From Azolla caroliniana (Eukaryota; Plantae; Polypodiophyta), in NCBI GenBank assembly GCA_043228905.1, contig JBHGNT010000014.1, forward strand, positions 14,074,001 through 14,138,000: 64,000 bases of DNA, given 5' to 3'. Under the pieces are notes generated by a model that was not told the origin of the DNA, ran no database searches, and saw only the letters and a program-made list of their open reading frames with translations. Below are positions 36,691 to 47,439 of the stretch, piece after piece (position 1 is the first letter of the stretch; each line of letters opens with the position of its first letter). Both the position numbers and the translations under genes were made by a program.

Positions 36691-36954
36691 TTCTTGCTCT
36701 CTTTGCTTTCTTTTCCTCTCTCTCTCTCTCTCTTAAACCAAAGCAACAAACTTACTATTGATAACTCCAAAATGTAAACATACATACATCCATTTCATGA
36801 AGGAAAAAGCCTTATAAATAAATTCCCAATAGCCACTTTTTCTAAGCAACTAGACTCAATAAAGTGGAAAAAGGCTGAATACCAAATGCAAACAAAAAGA
36901 CACTATTTCTACTCTAATAGTTGAATTAATTAATTATAATCAAACAATGAGAAT

Positions 36955-37792
36955 CAAGGTTGTTAGGTACAGTACGGATACCATACGTATTTAACGTATT
37001 AATACCCGTATAGTACCTCCCAATTTTAAAATACGTTAAATACGTTTTCTTAATATGTTAAATATTTATAAAATACATAAAATACGTTAAATATGTATAG
37101 TATGTTAAATACTTCTAGAATTTGAAAATTATTTACCTTTCTAAAAAGTATCTATAATATTGTATAAAACATCTATGTTTACACAATTTTGTGATGTACA
37201 ATATAGTTCTACATCCTAAAATGCATATAAGACATTTGAACATTTCACATCCTAAAATACTCCTAGTAATATGGATGTTGACATTCCCTTATTCTATAAA
37301 TCAGTGTAAGTGTGTATCACGATGTTCTACTTCAAATTGTAATTATTTACAATTATGCCTTCATAGATTGAGGAATCGTCTACGATTATCACACTCATGA
37401 TAGGTTTCTCTTTTCTTCGTTTTCTTCTTCTTCTTCTTCTATCTACTGCGATTATCACACTCAGGAAAGGTTTATGTCTTCTTTTCTCTCTTCTTCTTCT
37501 TCTTCTTCTTCTTCTTCATCTTCTTCATCGTCGTCTCTTCTATTCTTCTTTCTTCTTTCCTTTGGCTTCTTTTTCACTAAAATCTTTTTTTCTTCTGCTT
37601 TTTGTTAGGGTTTTACTTACATTTTCTTTATAAATACGTATTATACCTGTTTTTTTATAAATACATTAAATACTGTATTGGACAAATGTACATGATATTT
37701 GACTGAACAATGTTGAGGTATAATACGTACTATACAAATGATGAGGTACTATACGTATTTAAACGTTAAATACGAGTACGCAAACAACCATG
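36955..37792. mobile_element. hAT-superfamily MITE, copy 1 (838 bp)
   Basis: TIRs CAAGGTTGTT / AACAACCATG; 8-bp TSD ATGAGAAT; subterminal AATACG/CGTATT repeats; internal (TCT)n. Confidence 0.92.
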
Positions 37793-38207
37793 ATGAGAAT
37801 CCCATATCATCATCGCTTTCTTCTTGTTCTCTTTTACTTCTTCCTTCTCTTCTACAATAGGAGCACCACCACTACCCCCTCCCCCACCCCCAATCGATGT
37901 TATTGCTCCACTAGACACAAAGTCGCCCCTCCTCCACCGCCAATGGTTACCTAGTAGACCAATCCAAAAGCGCTACAAAAGAGAGAAAGAAAGAAGAAAG
38001 AAAGATATATTAACGTCTTCTAAGGCCAAAATTGGCCCATGAGACAAATGGTGTACAACAAAAATGGGATATTTACCCATTCATCGAAAGTAAAAATAAA
38101 AATAAGATAAAATAGAGTTTAAGCTAAATAGTTCTAAGAAAACAACAAACATGTTCTATATAAAAAACATGTTCTACAATGAGAATGATTCTATACTAGG
38201 CCTAATT

Positions 38208-41200
38208 TCATTTCCATCCAAGTCTCTCGAAGAGAAGCGGGGGGTCAAAGGGTTGCCATGTGGATGTGGCCCGTGGTCCCCATGTAAGAGGTACCCCAAC
38301 CATAGCTTCGAGTCGACGTAGCTCACGTTCCCTTATCTTCTTAATCTTTTCTACTCCACGTTGACTTGTGTTGAAGCCCAACATCCGAGGACGTTTGGTT
38401 GCTCTTTGTATTTCTGCTTCCTCAAGGGAGAGGCCGAGCGGCATAAGTGTATCCACATTCATCGTCTCCCCATGTTCCTGAAAAATTACACTAGGTACAT
38501 GTTGATGAGTAGTAAAAGGGTTATGATTAACACTTTGTAATTTATCCTCCCTATGTTGTTTTAGCTCTAAGATATACCTACCTAGTCTCTTTACACTCGG
38601 GGTATCTAATAGTTTGGAGAGGGTGGGAGAGGGTCCTAGTATGTCTTGGTATTCCGCCCGTATCTCGGCATAAGTTGGGCACTTGCATGTGAAGTGATAC
38701 TCATCCTCTATCTCTATGTGGCATAACCTACATAGCCTTTCCTCTCTAGGGACTCTATTAGCTCGACCATTCTCAATCTCAAGTTGGTGAGATGATATCC
38801 TAAGTTGTCCAATGGCCACCCTTAGTGCATTTGATAAGAAAGTATCTAGGTATCTTGGTCGTGTAATAAACCCTAACTTAGAGAAGTGCAAGAAGTGTTC
38901 CTTATAGTACACCATTTTAGATGGGAGTGGCTCTCGTGGGGTGATCCATGTGTATCGAGTGTAGATTTGCCATATTTCTTGGCGTATCACTTTATTACGA
39001 TCTTCACGAGAGATTAAAGTTTGATCAGTCCCATGGTTGTACTTAAGGGGAGGTAGGTTATTAATGTCTATGCCATTTGCAAATAACCAACTCACCACAA
39101 TGCTATACCAAGAGTTAGTGTCTCCAGACACATGTAAGGATCGGGATGCCTCAAAGGCTCGACGGGATATCCTATCTTGTGGTTGACTATGTATCCGATG
39201 AATAAAAGCTACCACTTGAAAGAGTGCTTCTACTAACATCGGGGGTAGGCTAAACTCCGCTCTAATAATGTCATGTGGTACTGTCGATTTGCTTCGGAGT
39301 TGACGTGATAACATCACCACTAAAGGTCTCTCCAATTGCGTCCACATGAAAGATGGTAGACCTGGAGCCCATACTACTGATGCATACATGAGGGATGGGG
39401 TCACTAATGAGTCGAAAAGCCATCCCTTAGTCTGTGGCTCTTGAAAGTATGCTTGGTGGCATTGTCTCTCTAAGAGTGAGAGGGATGCATATCCTCTCGT
39501 TAGCCTATCTTTGGCTGCCTGGGTCATCGAGAATTTACCTGAGCGAGCACTAAAAGTGACTCCCAAGTATACATAAGATCCCACCACCTCAACTAGTTTA
39601 TGAGAGAGGATGAGGTGACATTTACTCCTAACTCTGGACGATGTATGAAAGATAAGGACTTTAGTTTTCGCTAGATTCACTGCCAGTCCTCGTTGTGTAC
39701 AAAAGTCATCTAGGGCATTAAGATGCTTTTGTAGGTCGTGTTCCGACTCCGAGAGCAAGACAATGTCGTCTGCGTAGAGTAAGAGACTAACTTGCGTATC
39801 CCCAATAGCCACTCCTTTGCCTCCCTTACGAGCAATAAAATCAATGATCTCATCAATGTAGATCCCAAAAAGAGTCGGTGATAGGGGGCAACCCTGTTTT
39901 ACACCAATGGTGCTAGTGAAACAATCGGATAGGCCACCTGGGCATCTTACGCGCCCACAGACTTGCTCATATAGGGCATAAATGGCCCAAATCATGTCAT
40001 TTGGTATCTCCAAGCTCTTAAGTCTATCAAACAACCTCTCCCTAGGAACTGTATCAAAGGCTTTGCGAAAGTCCACAAAGCAACAATATAGTTTCTTCTT
40101 ACGAGCCTTTGTTTGGTCAATTAAGCACCTAAGTGTGAAGATGTGGTCAATAGTGGAGAAGGCTCGTCTAAAGCCAGCCTGCTCAGGTGCTCGAAGACTT
40201 AATGTTTCCATATAATCACTGAGCTCCGCTTCCATTACTGCACCATATAGTTTAGCAAGCGTATGACCTATCATAATGGTCCTATATGTATTTGGGTCCA
40301 TTGGGTCCCCTCCTTTATGTATAGGGGCCACAGTGTTCATGGCCCATTGTGGTGGAAAACCCTCGGCGAGGGCGCGGTTGAAGATTAGAGTGAGAAGGGG
40401 AGCTAGGCACTCTCGAGCATATATGATGTGCTCAGCTCGCAATCCTGTGTGGTCCATGGATTTCCTATGTTGTAATTTTTTTATGACCTTCGTGACCCTA
40501 GAGGTCGTGAAAAGTGTCCCCATGGTAGGTCGAGGTGTGGAGGGCATTGGAATGGGTGGTTGGTTCGGGACATGGTAGAGTCTCTCGGTATATGTGTGCC
40601 AAATATTGGGATCCTCGATGGGTGTTTGTGGTCTCGGTTCCCGTAGTCTCTTCCATGCAAGGGCACAATCCCTACTCATGAGCATATGGTAGAGTTCCCA
40701 ATATTGAGATGCTTCCCAAGCTCGTCTTTTACGACGTGTCATCTTGCGCATCTCTTTGCGAGCCTGTACTAAGGAGATAGTACCACTGAGTCGCGATACT
40801 TTAAGTTGTCTATACAACTCTCTACAATCCTCGTCATACCACTTGTTTTGTGGCATAGACCCTATTCTACTATGATTGGAGTCTTTCGTGTATGGGAAGC
40901 TACTAGTGGCGGCTGAGTGAAGGATGTGTGTGAGTTCTGTAGTGAGGTTCTCTAAAGGCAAGGAAGAATCAAACGAGGAAAGATGGGCTTGAACATGTCG
41001 AGAGTAGATGTCCGCGAGCTCATGCGTGAAATGTATTATAGTGTGATGGGTTGGTTTACTAGAGTTGGTGGTGTGGGAGGTGTCACATTTTAGCTCAAAG
41101 TATAGGAAGGTATGGTCTGCCCCAATGGGGCATGGGGCCACCCGGAAGGAGCTAACCATGTGGGTAGCTTCAGGGCGTCCTATTAGATAATCAACGGTGC

Positions 41201-41951
41201 TTTCCCCTCCTCCATGTGGGAAACATGTGAGCTCTTCCGAGCCCAGCCACTTGGCTAAGCCATTATATATGATCATCTGGTGTCGGCTTCCAAGTTCAAG
41301 CAGATGATGGCCAAAGCTTGTGGCATCCGCACCTTGATCCTTCGATGTACGTGTTATGCCTAAGGCTAAAGGGTCGACATTCACCATTTCTAGGTTTCTG
41401 TCCATCTGAAATATTGTGCATTGTCGGGACTGGGTTCTCGCATCGAAATCTCCTACCAGGAAGACTTCCCCTTGAGAAGAATATCGGATTATGTCATCCG
41501 ACAAAGGTTCGTATGGAGAAGGCCCATGTGGCGTTCCTTCATCAACTATACTCGCCTCTCCAGCCATATTGTAGCGGGACCCTTTCGGGGGGAAGTAACA
41601 AACTGCGATAAATATCACCTGATCCTTACTAGTGAGGACTTTCACCCATATAAAACGGGCTTCTGGGTCTGACTTTAGTATTTCTATCCTATTATTTATC
41701 TCTTTCCGAAATAATATCGCAACCCCCCCAGACCCTCTAGTAGTGTGTCGACGTGAGGTTTGTCTAAAGACAGATTCCCAACGAAAACCGTCAACTCGTG
41801 GCAGTCCTCGATTTGGGCTTTGATGTGTTTCTACTACAAAAAGTATATCAGATACTTTCAAAATCTCCTCTAGACGGCCAGGATGTGTCCAAAGTGCGCC
41901 GTTACAGTTCCATAAAGTGATCCTAAGTTTATTATCTGTCACATGGACCAC
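38208..41951 (-). CDS. LINE ORF2: AP endonuclease, reverse transcriptase, CCHC domain (no AUG start)
   Basis: LWNCNG, VVETH, LVGDFDA, TVDY, ADH (EN); QAGFR, FVDFRKAFD, GVKQGCPLSP, LLYADD, YLGV (RT); CRLC..EDEYHFTCKC. Confidence 0.95.
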   Translation of the reverse strand: MVHVTDNKLRITLWNCNGALWTHPGRLEEILKVSDILFVVETHQSPNRGLPRVDGFRWESVFRQTSRRHTTRGSGGVAILFRKEINNRIEILKSDPEARFIWVKVLTSKDQVIFIAVCYFPPKGSRYNMAGEASIVDEGTPHGPSPYEPLSDDIIRYSSQGEVFLVGDFDARTQSRQCTIFQMDRNLEMVNVDPLALGITRTSKDQGADATSFGHHLLELGSRHQMIIYNGLAKWLGSEELTCFPHGGGESTVDYLIGRPEATHMVSSFRVAPCPIGADHTFLYFELKCDTSHTTNSSKPTHHTIIHFTHELADIYSRHVQAHLSSFDSSLPLENLTTELTHILHSAATSSFPYTKDSNHSRIGSMPQNKWYDEDCRELYRQLKVSRLSGTISLVQARKEMRKMTRRKRRAWEASQYWELYHMLMSRDCALAWKRLREPRPQTPIEDPNIWHTYTERLYHVPNQPPIPMPSTPRPTMGTLFTTSRVTKVIKKLQHRKSMDHTGLRAEHIIYARECLAPLLTLIFNRALAEGFPPQWAMNTVAPIHKGGDPMDPNTYRTIMIGHTLAKLYGAVMEAELSDYMETLSLRAPEQAGFRRAFSTIDHIFTLRCLIDQTKARKKKLYCCFVDFRKAFDTVPRERLFDRLKSLEIPNDMIWAIYALYEQVCGRVRCPGGLSDCFTSTIGVKQGCPLSPTLFGIYIDEIIDFIARKGGKGVAIGDTQVSLLLYADDIVLLSESEHDLQKHLNALDDFCTQRGLAVNLAKTKVLIFHTSSRVRSKCHLILSHKLVEVVGSYVYLGVTFSARSGKFSMTQAAKDRLTRGYASLSLLERQCHQAYFQEPQTKGWLFDSLVTPSLMYASVVWAPGLPSFMWTQLERPLVVMLSRQLRSKSTVPHDIIRAEFSLPPMLVEALFQVVAFIHRIHSQPQDRISRRAFEASRSLHVSGDTNSWYSIVVSWLFANGIDINNLPPLKYNHGTDQTLISREDRNKVIRQEIWQIYTRYTWITPREPLPSKMVYYKEHFLHFSKLGFITRPRYLDTFLSNALRVAIGQLRISSHQLEIENGRANRVPREERLCRLCHIEIEDEYHFTCKCPTYAEIRAEYQDILGPSPTLSKLLDTPSVKRLGRYILELKQHREDKLQSVNHNPFTTHQHVPSVIFQEHGETMNVDTLMPLGLSLEEAEIQRATKRPRMLGFNTSQRGVEKIKKIRERELRRLEAMVGVPLTWGPRATSTWQPFDPPLLFERLGWK

Positions 41952-41957
41952 ACGCCG

Positions 41958-42749
41958 TCAATTGGCGGCACGATCATTTATTATGACACGTCCGTCCCGG
42001 TAGAAAGCACGATGCCCCTCTTTACGAGCTTGTATGACTCGCGGCATACAAGTTTTACGATGCTCAATTTGCATCTTGGTCAAGTCTTCATCGAGGTAGA
42101 TAGGCTCCCCGCCCAAGCCTCGAAGAATTGGTCTCTTTTTAAAAAAGGCGATTCTAGATTCTGAGTCCTTAAACTGAAGGACTAAAGCTCTTTTCCTAGT
42201 TGTGTCACGCCCTACCCTCCAGGTTTTAGTGATTGGTAGGGCTTCGTACCCTAACATTTTCCCTAATGTTTGTGCATCTTCATCCGGAGATGCCCCTTCC
42301 TTGAGCCCAGTAACTCGTACATTTAGGCGTCGAGCTTGACGCATTTTTTCTTCCTCGAGGGTAGTGTTTACAATGTTTTCATCCTTTAGTTCTTTTTTAA
42401 TATTACGTTTTACTACATCAACCCACCCAGTTTTAGCTAATTCCATATCACTTTTAACCTCTTCTTTAACCTTTTTTATCTCGTCCTTAATATCCTCTAG
42501 GGAAGATATTTCACCATCTTCCCTAGATATCTCGAGGTCCTTAACTTGTTTTCGGAGGTTCACATTGTCTACCTTAAGTTTCGCTATTTCCGCAAAAAGT
42601 AGTTCTTTTTCTTCCTTATCTTTTTGTTTTTCAGCTTCAATTTCTTTCGCCCATTTTTCAAATTTTACTAACCGGTTAAGGACATCTAAAAATTCTTCCT
42701 TACTTATCATTTCGTCGTGTGTTTCCTTATGGTTTCGTCGAGAAGTCAT
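41958..42749 (-). CDS. LINE ORF1: coiled coil plus RRM-like nucleic-acid-binding protein
   Basis: Heptad-rich N-terminus, RRLNVRVTGLKE, IYLDEDLT; directly upstream of ORF2. Confidence 0.85.
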   Translation of the reverse strand: MTSRRNHKETHDEMISKEEFLDVLNRLVKFEKWAKEIEAEKQKDKEEKELLFAEIAKLKVDNVNLRKQVKDLEISREDGEISSLEDIKDEIKKVKEEVKSDMELAKTGWVDVVKRNIKKELKDENIVNTTLEEEKMRQARRLNVRVTGLKEGASPDEDAQTLGKMLGYEALPITKTWRVGRDTTRKRALVLQFKDSESRIAFFKKRPILRGLGGEPIYLDEDLTKMQIEHRKTCMPRVIQARKEGHRAFYRDGRVIINDRAAN

Positions 42750-43322
42750 GTTGTAATTCAAAGAATAAACGAAAGAAAAAGTCAAAAAGGGCAGAAAAAA
42801 CTTAGCCGAGCATCGATGTCTTGCGCGCTAGGTACAAGTGTAGAAGCACATTTGTACTCTCTCGTCACGACGCCGTAAGAGGTGTAGGTGATAGCGACGG
42901 TCGACAACGATGACAACAACGACGGCGACAAGGGCACCGATTACCCACAACAGCGACGGGTGACGACGATGGCCAAGAACCGACGACGACGGCGACGGCG
43001 GCAAACGTTAAACGTCAGACAACGGCGGACAGCGACAGTCGGCAGCGGCAACAGACGGCGGCTGACAGTGGTTGCAGACGACGACGGCAGCAGACAGCAG
43101 TTGCAGACGACGGCAGCAGCAGACAGCAGTTGCAGACGACGGCGACGGCGACAGTCTGCAGACGTCAGCGGCAGAAAACGGAGGCAACAGCAACGATGGC
43201 GGCGGCGACGGCAGTAGACGGCGGCGACAACGGCAGAAAGAGCCGTTAGAGAGAGGGCATAAAGTCTTGAAAAGTTTAGAGCACCTTAGAGAGAGAGAGA
43301 GAGAGAGAGTTTACCCAAAAAA

Positions 43323-43361
<39 letters not shown>

Positions 43362-43699
43362 CATAAGCAAGTGCTAAAGATTGAAGGAAGAATTAGCGGA
43401 TCCCTCAAGGTAACCTCCATCCTCAGAAGCAAGGTGTTGCTTAGCACTCCAAGAGTCGTCGCCGCTTCTGCCAATGAAGGTGAAGACGGCCATAGATACA
43501 AGTAAACCTTGTCTCTCCCTATCTCGTTCCTCTATGAGAAAAGGGAAGAGAAGAAGTTAACAAAGATGAATCTCTCTCTCTCCCTTTCTTCTTTTTCTCC
43601 CCACTTTTTGCTAACAACACATATCTATCTAATCTCTCCCCCCCCCCCCCCCCCCTTTTCTTCCCCCATTTTTTCAAACAATTAGTGTTTTAAAAATAG

Positions 43700-46600
43700 T
43701 GTGTGTATGTTGTATATATGTGCATGTGTATATATGTACGTGTTGTGTGTATGTATGTAGGTACATATTGTATAATTTTATTGTATATACAATATTGTAT
43801 TGTATATATTGTATGTGAGTGTATTACATATTACATTGTATGTATTGTGTGTATGGCATGTGAGTATGTAGGGTATGTGTTATGTGTTTATGTGTATGTT
43901 CTATGTATGTGCATATGTATTGCATGCATATATTGTATGTTCTATGTATTGCATATGTATTGTATGTTCTATGTATGTGCATTGTATTCCATGTGTGTAT
44001 GTATGTATATGTTTTATACTTGTGCTTAAGTATGTATTGTATATATTATATGTATAGCATGTATGTGTATGTTCTATATATGTGCATCTATATTGTATTA
44101 CATGCATATATATGTATATATATATGTATGTATGTATGTGTATGTATTGATGTGTATATGCATGTACATGTTGTGTGTATGTATTGATGCGTATAATATG
44201 TATGTATGTATTGATGCGTATAATATGTATGTATGTACATGTTGTATTGCATTGTATTGTAGTGTATCATTTTGTTTTAATTGCATTATTGTATATATGC
44301 ATCGTATGTATGGCATGTTTGCATGTTTATGTATGACATACATATTGTATTGTGTTCCATGTGTTGTATGTATGGCATGTGACTATGTATATATATGTAT
44401 GTCTTGTCTGTATATGCATGTATGTAAATGTTGTATTGCATTTTATTGTATTGTATCATTTTGGATTAATTGCATTATTGTATATGTGCATTATATGTAT
44501 GGCATGTGTGCATGTGTATGTATGTACATATTGTATTGTGTTGAATGTGTTGTATGTATGGCATGTGACTATGTATAATGTATCTATGTGTTATGTGTGT
44601 GTATGTTCTATATAGGTGCATATGTATGTATTGTATGTATGGCATGTGTCTATGCACATATGTGTTATGTGTGTGTGTGTGTATTCTACATTTCTACGTA
44701 TGTATGTGTGTATTATGTACGCTGTATAAATATCACATGTCTATGTATGTATGTATGTGTTATATGTGTGTGTGTGTGTTTTCTATTGATGTACATATGT
44801 ATGTATTGTATATCATGTGTATACATGTATGTGTTATGTGTGTGTGTGTGTGTATTTTCTATTGATGTACATATGTAGGTATTGTATTGCATGTGTATAT
44901 ATGTATGTGTGCGTATGTACATATTGTATTGTATTGCATGTATTGAATGTATAGTATGTATGGCATGTGTGTGTATATATATTCTTTACATGTCCATATG
45001 TATGTATTGTATGTATGTCACGTGTGTATGTGTATATGTGTATATGTGTAATGTGTGTCTATTCATGCATACAATACAATATCTATATACACACATACAA
45101 CACACACCACAAACATATATACACATATGCACGTATGTATGTGTGTATGTATGTACATATTGTATTGTATGTATGCATGCATGTATGGATGTAAGTTGGT
45201 AACATTTATACAAGTATCATTGTAGGCATGTGTACCTATATACGTTTAGCAGTGTATGAATGAATATATGTATGTCCATGTACAAATGCATATATGTGTA
45301 TACATGTAATATGTAATGTATTCATGTATGTATATTTTCGGTGTATTTATCATGTTTAGTATGTGTATGGCTCATATATGGATGTATGTTTGCAATATCA
45401 CATAATATGAATGCATATATTATCCAATGTATGTGTAAGCATACATATATCTAATGTGTGTGTGTGTATGAAAGTATTGTAACTTGTATGACCCTGAATG
45501 ACCTATATATATAGTGATATGTGGAATATGTATGTATGTACCTGTATGCATATATGCATGTGTCAATGCACATGATTTAATGTGTCTGGATGTGTGTTTA
45601 TAATATGTATGTATATAACTAATGTATGTATGTGTATGCATATATGTACTATTATAGTGTGTATGACCATGTGTGTGTCTATGTTCGTGTATGGGGTGAT
45701 ATGTATGTACATATGTAATGTAAGTATGTATGTGTTTGGATGTATGTTTGTAAAATTTATATATGTAACATTGTAGGCATATGTACGTATATATGTGTAG
45801 CAATCTATGAATGAATATATGCATGTACATGTATGAATGCACGTATGTGTATATATGTAATGTATTATTTTGGGATATTTTCATGTCTAGTATGTGTATG
45901 GATCGTGTATGAATTTATATTTTCAATATGTACGTAATATGCAGTCATATATCCGATGTGTGTGTGTGTATGTATGTATATATGTAAATATTGTAGGTTG
46001 TATGGTTCCATATAACCTATATATATATATATGTATGTATATGTATATGCATATGTATATATGTAATGCAATGTATGTATGTGTATGTAAATTTGTATAT
46101 TGTGTAATATGAATGGATCATATGATTTGTAATATGTAATTTTTATGCATGTATTAACATCTGTCAATACATATGGCTTATTATAATATGTCTGTAGCAT
46201 GTATGGATTTACATATTTGTATTTATGTATGTGTATGTACATATCTACATATGGTAATATATATTTGTATACATATTCATGTTTAGTCAGTATGCATGTA
46301 TAAATGGGTGTAATGTATGTATATACATATTTATGGATGTAATGTTTAAATGTATTTACATATATGCATGTATGGATGTATATGTATGTATGCCACTCCA
46401 AATTTGACTATTGTTTGCACAATATAATCTTTATTATCTCATTGAAATATCTAATATTTCATGGGCTTATTATAATATGTATGTAGCATGTATGCATTTA
46501 CATATTTGTATTTATGTATGTATATGTACATATCTACATATGATAATATATATTTGTATATATATTCATGTTTAGTCAATATGCATGTATAAATGGGTGT

Positions 46601-46735
46601 AATGTTTAAATGTAGGTCCATATATGCATGTATATGCATGTATGTATGTATGTATGCCACTCCAAATTTGACTATTGTTTGCACAATATATTCTTTATTA
46701 TCTCATTGAAATATCTAATATTTCATGGGCTTATG
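43700..46735. repeat. ~3-kb degenerate (TATG/TGTA/TG)n low-complexity tract with internal duplications
   Basis: Alternating purine-pyrimidine composition; ~270-290-bp tandem duplication at ~46173-46733. Confidence 0.85.
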
Positions 46736-46861
46736 TAATTTTTTTCTATAGCACAATTGATAATACCCTTATGTAAATATATTTTTTATGAATTTGTTAA
46801 TACCCTTATATATATACATTTTGTATCTCAATGCTTAATTTAAACCCCTTTTGATGAACTC

Positions 46862-47260
46862 ATGTGTTATCATACAAGTTTTCACAACTTAGGTATTGAA
46901 GTTGCATCATGGTATCAAAATGTAACTAATTTGAAGACATGCAAAGTATGCAATGAGGGCATGGTAGAGGATGAATGCCACTTGCTCTTCACATGCTCGA
47001 CAAATAGTGTAATTCGTTCAAGATATGGTGACATACTAAGAGGGAGTGATAACTTAAGTACCATACTTAAGACACCACCAAGAAGGTTGAGCTTATATGT
47101 GTATGCTTTTAATCACACACAAAGACTTTGTGCTTCAATGTATGAGTACCCCTTCTTAGGAAGGAGACACATATCAAGAAAACACATATACTCTAGTCCC
47201 ATAGGTCAAAATGGGCCTCTTTATAGATGATAAAAATTCTAATATAAATTCTAATATCAT
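46862..47260 (+). pseudogene. LINE ORF2 C-terminus (CCHC) and 3' tail remnant, RTEX-like
   Basis: HNLGIEV..W...CKVC...EDECHLLFTC...IR; the 3' end has a hairpin-like motif and a short AAATTCTAATAT repeat. Confidence 0.7.
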
Positions 47261-47439
47261 TCCCCTCTTTTGTGAGATCATATAAGTAGCTATTAATACT
47301 TTGTCTTGTACTTATTATTACATTGATATTTAGAATTGGTTATACATAAGACCTCATTCATATGCATCCGTGCACTCCCTTGTTCACATGCAGTTGGTGA
47401 GCTTTCTCCTTGTGGCCGAAATCCTCCACAACAACGTCA

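Larger units (their letters stand above)
37987..43350 (-). mobile_element. Full-length LINE (RTEX-like) with two intact ORFs
   Basis: ORF1 and ORF2 intact; 3' hairpin GGCCAATTTTGGCC followed by a (TTTC)n tail; GC-rich repetitive 5' UTR; the 5' end is approximate because it merges with (CT)n. Confidence 0.9.
36930..43493 (-). pseudogene. RPP3: 60S acidic ribosomal protein P3 pseudogene split by the LINE and the hAT MITE
   Basis: 43493-~43350 gives MAVFTFIGRSGDDSWSAKQH...LEGSANSSFNL*HLL; 37986-37793 gives SAFGLVY*VTIGGGG...EESDDDMGFS; 36946-36930 gives LFDYN*. Confidence 0.88.

Noticed and set aside
42888-43377. Arg- or Ala/Asp-rich ORFs
   Set aside because: Antisense to the repetitive LINE 5' UTR; low complexity.
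43703-46684. Many Cys/Tyr/Met/His-rich ORFs
   Set aside because: Translations of TATG low-complexity repeats in all six frames.
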